64,000 nucleotides of DNA from an uncultured Riemerella sp. (GTDB lineage Bacteria > Bacteroidota > Bacteroidia > Flavobacteriales > Weeksellaceae), in assembly GCA_938037185.1 (NCBI GenBank), contig CALHQK010000095.1, forward strand, positions 943 to 64,942, in the 5' to 3' direction. The notes beneath the pieces were generated by a model. That model was not told the DNA's origin, made no database searches, and worked only from the letters and a program-made list of their open reading frames with translations. This document shows, piece after piece, positions 59,642 to 64,000 of the stretch. Made by a program: the position numbers and the translations under genes. Numbering within the stretch: position 1 is the first letter of the stretch; each line of letters opens with the position of its first letter.

Positions 59642-60583
59642 TTATTTTAATTCGCCTAAATATCTCTCTGCATCTATCGCTGCCATACATCCGCTTCCTG
59701 CTGCTGTAACTGCCTGACGATAAATGTGATCCTGCACATCTCCTGCCGCGAAAATCCCAGGAAGATTGGTTCTAGAAGATTTTCCTTCGGTGATGATATA
59801 GCCATTTTCATCCATATCTATTTGCCCTTTAAATATCTCAGTATTAGGCTGATGTCCTATGGCTATGAATATCCCGCTGACAGGGATTTCAGAAGTTTCT
59901 TGGGTCTGGTTGTTGATAACCACAGCTTTTTCCACCAAGTTATTTTCCCCTTTGATACCTATCAATTCGTGATTAAATTTCACTTCTATATTTGGCGTTT
60001 TTTCCACTCTGTGAGCCATTGCTTTGGAAGCCCGGAAATAGTTTTTTCTCACAAGCATGGTCACTTTGCTGCAAATATTAGCAAGATAAGTCGCCTCTTC
60101 AGCTGCCGTGTCCCCTGCTCCAACTACGATAACTTCTTGGTTTCTGTAAAAAAATCCGTCACATGTAGCACATGCAGACACGCCGCCGCCAGAGTATTTC
60201 TTCTCATCATCCAGCCCAAGGTATTTGGCTGTCGCTCCAGTGGAAATAATCACAGTTTTAGCCAAAATTTCTTTCTCTCCTGCCCAAAACTTATGAATTC
60301 CGCCTTTTTCTTTAGAAAATTCCACTTTCGTAATCATTTCATAATGAACTTTGGTGTCAAATCTTTCAGCTTGTTTTTGTAAATCTTCCATCATTTTTAG
60401 CCCTGTAACTCCCTCTGGATACCCTGGGAAATTGTCCACTTCCGTAGTCGTAGTAAGCTGGCCGCCATGCTGCAGACCTGTATAAAGTTCAGGTTTTAAA
60501 TCCGCTCTCGCTGCATAGATAGCTGCCGTAAAACCAGAAGGTCCAGAACCTATAATCACACAATCTAAAATATTATTCTCCAT
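59642..60583 (-). CDS. trxB: Thioredoxin-disulfide reductase
   Basis: FAD GSGPSG and NADPH GGG motifs, plus the redox-active CATC. Confidence 0.9.
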   Translation of the reverse strand: MENNILDCVIIGSGPSGFTAAIYAARADLKPELYTGLQHGGQLTTTTEVDNFPGYPEGVTGLKMMEDLQKQAERFDTKVHYEMITKVEFSKEKGGIHKFWAGEKEILAKTVIISTGATAKYLGLDDEKKYSGGGVSACATCDGFFYRNQEVIVVGAGDTAAEEATYLANICSKVTMLVRKNYFRASKAMAHRVEKTPNIEVKFNHELIGIKGENNLVEKAVVINNQTQETSEIPVSGIFIAIGHQPNTEIFKGQIDMDENGYIITEGKSSRTNLPGIFAAGDVQDHIYRQAVTAAGSGCMAAIDAERYLGELK

Positions 60584-60594
60584 TTTTATATTTT

Positions 60595-61572
60595 TTAAAA
60601 TTCTCTTTTTATTACATAATCCAGCATCAGCTGTAAGGATTTTTTCGCTTCATTATCAGGAAATTCTGATAAAATATCCAAAGCCTTCTGCTGGTAATTT
60701 TCCATTATTTTCTCGGCGTAGTCCAGCCCGCCCGTTTTTTTCACAAAATCAATCAGTTCTTTTACTCGTTTTGGGTTTTTATTATGGTTTTTAATGATAT
60801 TAAAATAATATTTTCTGTCCTTTTCATTTGCCGTTTTTAAAGAATAAATAAGCGGCAAAGTCATTTTTTGTTCCTTAATATCTATGCCCGCAGGCTTCCC
60901 TACGATGTTTTTGCTAAAATAATCAAACAAATCATCTTTTATCTGAAAAGCCATTCCTGCATAAATCCCAAAATCTTTCATCTTCATTATCAGCGAGTTT
61001 TCAGCATTATTAGAAACTGCTCCTATCTGGCAGCACGCCGAAATAAGCGAAGCTGTTTTTTGTCTAATAATCTGATAATAAATATCTTCCGTAATGTCCA
61101 GTTTTCTTGCTTTTTCCAGTTGTAAAAGCTCGCCTTCGGACATGTCTTTTATGGTTTGGGAAACGATTTCCAACAAATCAAAATCCTTATTTTCAGTAGA
61201 AAGAATTACCGATTTGGACAATAAATAATCCCCAATCAAAACCGCAGTCTTGTTCCCCCATAAGGCGTTGATAGAGAAGAAATTCCGCCTTCTAGTGCTC
61301 TCATCTACTACATCATCATGCACCAAAGCCGCCGTATGTATCAGCTCTATCAAAGAAGCTCCACGAAAGGTTTTTTCGCTCACCTCGCCTGTCATTTTCG
61401 CTGAAAGGAAAACAAGGATAGGCCGCATCTGTTTGCCCTTCGTAGCGATGATAAATTGTGTAATTTTATCTAATAAAGGCACGCTGCTCTGCATGGACTG
61501 ATAAAACTTTTCCTCAAAAAGTTTCATTTCCCTGCTTATGGGAGCTTTGATTTCTTCTAAGATTTTAGCCAC
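60595..61572 (-). CDS. Polyprenyl diphosphate synthase (trans-IPPS, IspB-like)
   Basis: First Asp-rich motif LVHDDVVDES and second motif FQIKDDLFD. Confidence 0.8.
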   Translation of the reverse strand: MAKILEEIKAPISREMKLFEEKFYQSMQSSVPLLDKITQFIIATKGKQMRPILVFLSAKMTGEVSEKTFRGASLIELIHTAALVHDDVVDESTRRRNFFSINALWGNKTAVLIGDYLLSKSVILSTENKDFDLLEIVSQTIKDMSEGELLQLEKARKLDITEDIYYQIIRQKTASLISACCQIGAVSNNAENSLIMKMKDFGIYAGMAFQIKDDLFDYFSKNIVGKPAGIDIKEQKMTLPLIYSLKTANEKDRKYYFNIIKNHNKNPKRVKELIDFVKKTGGLDYAEKIMENYQQKALDILSEFPDNEAKKSLQLMLDYVIKREF

Positions 61573-61615
61573 AATTTTATTTTAATCCACAAATATAAGA
61601 TTATTTAATTTTAAA

Positions 61616-62473
61616 TTACAGCCGCTCAAAAGGCACAAAATACAAACTCTGTTTCGCCTGAAAACAGAATTTCTTAAATTCTTCGCCTGAGATATAAATG
61701 CCCTTTTCATCTACTGCAACTCCCTCTATCTGACCATATTTAAAGACCGAACCCAGCTTGTATTTTGTATATTTTCCACTGAAAAAATTCCCGTTTTCAT
61801 CTTCCTCAAAAATCATCAAAAAGGCTTTTGCTATCTTATTATATCCCACCAGATACAGTTTTTTATTAAAATAAAAAGCATCCGTTACCAAGAAATTGGT
61901 TTTGAATTCTTCCGTTTTTTCGATGCTCTGTTCTTCCTCTGTATCAGGATTTATCGCGTATTTAGAAACTTTCAGCGAAGCCCATTCTTTGGAAAAAAGA
62001 TAAATTTTCCCATCTTTGAAAATCATCGCTTCGGCATCAAAATCGTGTTTGTCTTTTTTAAAGCTAAAATGAGGCTGATTTTTATATTTAAAACTGATTT
62101 TCTGATGAGAATTATCCGATATTTTATAAATCGCTAAATCCGTTCTTTTGCCCCTATTATTCCCGAAATCTCCTACATAAAGGCTTTGTCCGTCGCTAGT
62201 CATGGCTTCCCAGTCTCTGTTTGGGAAATCAACTTTGATGGTAGAAATTATCTGCCCACTTTCAGGATTTATTTCATAAATTTCATTGAGATTTCCACCG
62301 TCATTAAAGCTGTACAACCTCCCATTCATCAGCGTTAATCCTGATGTTTCCCTCAAAGTATCATTTAAGACAGCGATTTTATAATTTTTCAAAGGCAGCC
62401 TTTTGGTTTTTTGAGCCAAAGAAAAAACCGATATGAGAATAAAAAACAAAAGATAAAATCTACTAAAACGCAT
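61616..62473 (-). CDS. Hypothetical secreted beta-propeller-like protein
   Basis: Signal peptide. 285 aa with repeated aromatic/Gly strands. Weak. Confidence 0.4.
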   Translation of the reverse strand: MRFSRFYLLFFILISVFSLAQKTKRLPLKNYKIAVLNDTLRETSGLTLMNGRLYSFNDGGNLNEIYEINPESGQIISTIKVDFPNRDWEAMTSDGQSLYVGDFGNNRGKRTDLAIYKISDNSHQKISFKYKNQPHFSFKKDKHDFDAEAMIFKDGKIYLFSKEWASLKVSKYAINPDTEEEQSIEKTEEFKTNFLVTDAFYFNKKLYLVGYNKIAKAFLMIFEEDENGNFFSGKYTKYKLGSVFKYGQIEGVAVDEKGIYISGEEFKKFCFQAKQSLYFVPFERL

Positions 62474-62494
62474 ATATCAAAATAAAATCTTTCA

Positions 62495-63400
62495 TTAAAA
62501 ACACCATTCCAGCACTTTATACCAAATTCCCAAAGTAAAAAATCCGACAATAATGCTGATTCCGATAATCATATTGGTGAGTTTGGTATTGAGTTTAAAT
62601 TGCTCAGCGATGACGCTGGACATTACCAAAGTAGGCATCGCGGATTCAAAAACTGTGATTTTCACTAAACTTTCTTTTAGTCCTAAAACAAGTCCCAAAA
62701 CCAAAATCAAAGCAGGGCCAATCAATAGTTTATAAATCATCGACATGGAAATTTGGCTCATCAGTTTTTTCCAGCCGTTAAATTTTAACTGTAAACCTAT
62801 CGAGAACAAAGCCAAAGGCGCCACCGTTCCAGACAGCTTGTTAAAAAGCGGTTCGGTAGGAGAAAGATCTATAAAAGATGATAAAACTAATGCTGTAACA
62901 CATCCGATAAATGGCGGAAATATAAAAAGCCTTTTTAGTAAAAATTTAGCGCTTATGGTGCTGTTATTTCCTCCCTTTAGAGCAGTGATGATACCCAGTG
63001 TAGAAAGGGTAAGAAACATGGCTTGGTCGCAGATAATCGCGATGCTCAAATATTCTTCTCCATAAAAAGCAGAAATCAGCGGAAAACCAATGAACGAAGT
63101 GTTGCTGTATCCACTCGCCAGCTGCAGGGTGCTTGTAGAACGGTTGGAATAGTTTTTTAGTTTTGAATAATATTGTATAAATAAATACGCTCCCACTGCC
63201 AGAACTACCATACTAGCCGCAGGATAGAGTATTTCCAGCGACCACTCTATTTTTGGAATGTATTTAAAGGAAATAGAGGGCAGTGCGATGTAAAGTATCC
63301 AAGTATTGATTCCTTTGTGGGCATCTGGGTGAATGGATTTAGTTGCCTTAAAGACCATTCCCGCCACAATGCACAATATGATTAAAATAAAATTATCCAT
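62495..63400 (-). CDS. AEC-family (auxin efflux carrier-like) membrane transporter
   Basis: 301 aa. The 5+5 TM inverted-repeat architecture is typical of AEC/malate-malonate permeases. Confidence 0.55.
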   Translation of the reverse strand: MDNFILIILCIVAGMVFKATKSIHPDAHKGINTWILYIALPSISFKYIPKIEWSLEILYPAASMVVLAVGAYLFIQYYSKLKNYSNRSTSTLQLASGYSNTSFIGFPLISAFYGEEYLSIAIICDQAMFLTLSTLGIITALKGGNNSTISAKFLLKRLFIFPPFIGCVTALVLSSFIDLSPTEPLFNKLSGTVAPLALFSIGLQLKFNGWKKLMSQISMSMIYKLLIGPALILVLGLVLGLKESLVKITVFESAMPTLVMSSVIAEQFKLNTKLTNMIIGISIIVGFFTLGIWYKVLEWCF

Positions 63401-63426
63401 TTTATTATCTATTTGTAGGGCTTTTT

Positions 63427-64000
63427 CTACGCTTCGGCTATTTTATTGGCAAGCTGCCCGCAGGCCGCATCGATGTCTCCTCCCCTGCTTCGGCGAATCA
63501 TCGTAGTGATTCCGTTCTTCTCTAACTGACGGACATAGTTTTCTGTGGCCTCAGGGTTGCTGCGGTCGTATTTTCCGTTGCCTATGGAATTATATTCTAT
63601 CAAATTCACCTTTGTAGGCACTTTTTTACAGAATTTTATCAGGGCTTTTATATCTTCATCCTTGTCGTTTATGCCTTTCCAGATACAGTATTCCAAAGTA
63701 ATGACAGAGCCAGTTTTAGAATACCAGTATTGCAAGGCTTCCATGATGTCTGTCAGCGGGAAATTAGAAGAGAAAGGCATGATTTCATTTCGTTTTTCTT
63801 CAATTGCTGAATGCAGCGAAAGCGCCAATTTTACTTTTAAATCTTCATCTGCCAGCATTTTTATCATCTTCGGAATTCCAGAAGTAGACACGGTAATTCT
63901 CCTTGGAGACATGCCCAGACCATCGGGCTGAGTGATTTTTCTAATGGCTTCCACTACATTTTTGTAGTTCATCATAGGTTCGCCCATTCCCATGAATACA
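63427..64000 (-). CDS. rlmN: 23S rRNA (adenine2503-C2)-methyltransferase RlmN, 3' part (gene continues past the window end)
   Basis: C-terminal RlmN/Cfr region GMGEPMMNY...SPRRITVSTSG...LALSLH...IDAACGQL. The reading frame is open to position 64000. Confidence 0.8.
   Translation of the reverse strand, partial: VFMGMGEPMMNYKNVVEAIRKITQPDGLGMSPRRITVSTSGIPKMIKMLADEDLKVKLALSLHSAIEEKRNEIMPFSSNFPLTDIMEALQYWYSKTGSVITLEYCIWKGINDKDEDIKALIKFCKKVPTKVNLIEYNSIGNGKYDRSNPEATENYVRQLEKNGITTMIRRSRGGDIDAACGQLANKIAEA

Noticed and set aside
59726-60382. 218-aa plus-strand ORF
   Set aside because: Antisense to trxB, which has an unmistakable CATC/FAD/NADPH motif set.

Overview
This is a low-GC chromosomal window from a Bacteroidetes/Flavobacteriia-type genome, judged from LSC-type lipoprotein signal peptides, TAnnTTTG -7 promoter elements and a TonB-receptor/glycosyltransferase-rich gene set. 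Most of it is ordinary core genome. Read left to right:
- An alkaline phosphatase fragment and a TonB-dependent receptor.
- Three AT-rich orphan genes, then mtnN and a two-permease-plus-ATPase ABC transporter.
- An AmpD-type amidase and a tRNA-Ser/Pro/Arg cluster.
- A 6.3 kb accessory block (11.5-17.8 kb) bounded on the far side by tRNA-Ser/tRNA-fMet, carrying a frameshifted SNF2-family helicase directly followed by a 945-aa beta-class amino-methyltransferase with a Zn-ribbon.
- A CopA-type P-type ATPase, a KAS-III enzyme and a metallophosphoesterase.
- A central-carbon cluster (rpe, glpX, sugE, fba, tkt).
- A decayed McrBC type IV restriction locus (28.5-31.5 kb), with an in-frame stop splitting mcrB and a frameshift in mcrC.
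- An arginine-decarboxylase-like gene and a lipid-linked sugar modification cluster (GT4, deacetylase-like, transthyretin-like, GT2, membrane GT).
- Housekeeping genes: dapD, NlpC/P60, pepE, ppa, gpmI, gyrA, rsmG, an aminotransferase, arsC-like, crcB, trxB, a polyprenyl synthase, an AEC transporter and a partial rlmN.
- An AddB-like PD-(D/E)xK nuclease and a frameshifted HD-domain hydrolase.
I saw no CRISPR array, transposase or integrase. The most interesting candidate is the tRNA-bracketed SNF2 helicase + methyltransferase module, which lacks the partner genes of known DISARM or BREX systems. All family calls come from motifs read by eye; no database search was possible.
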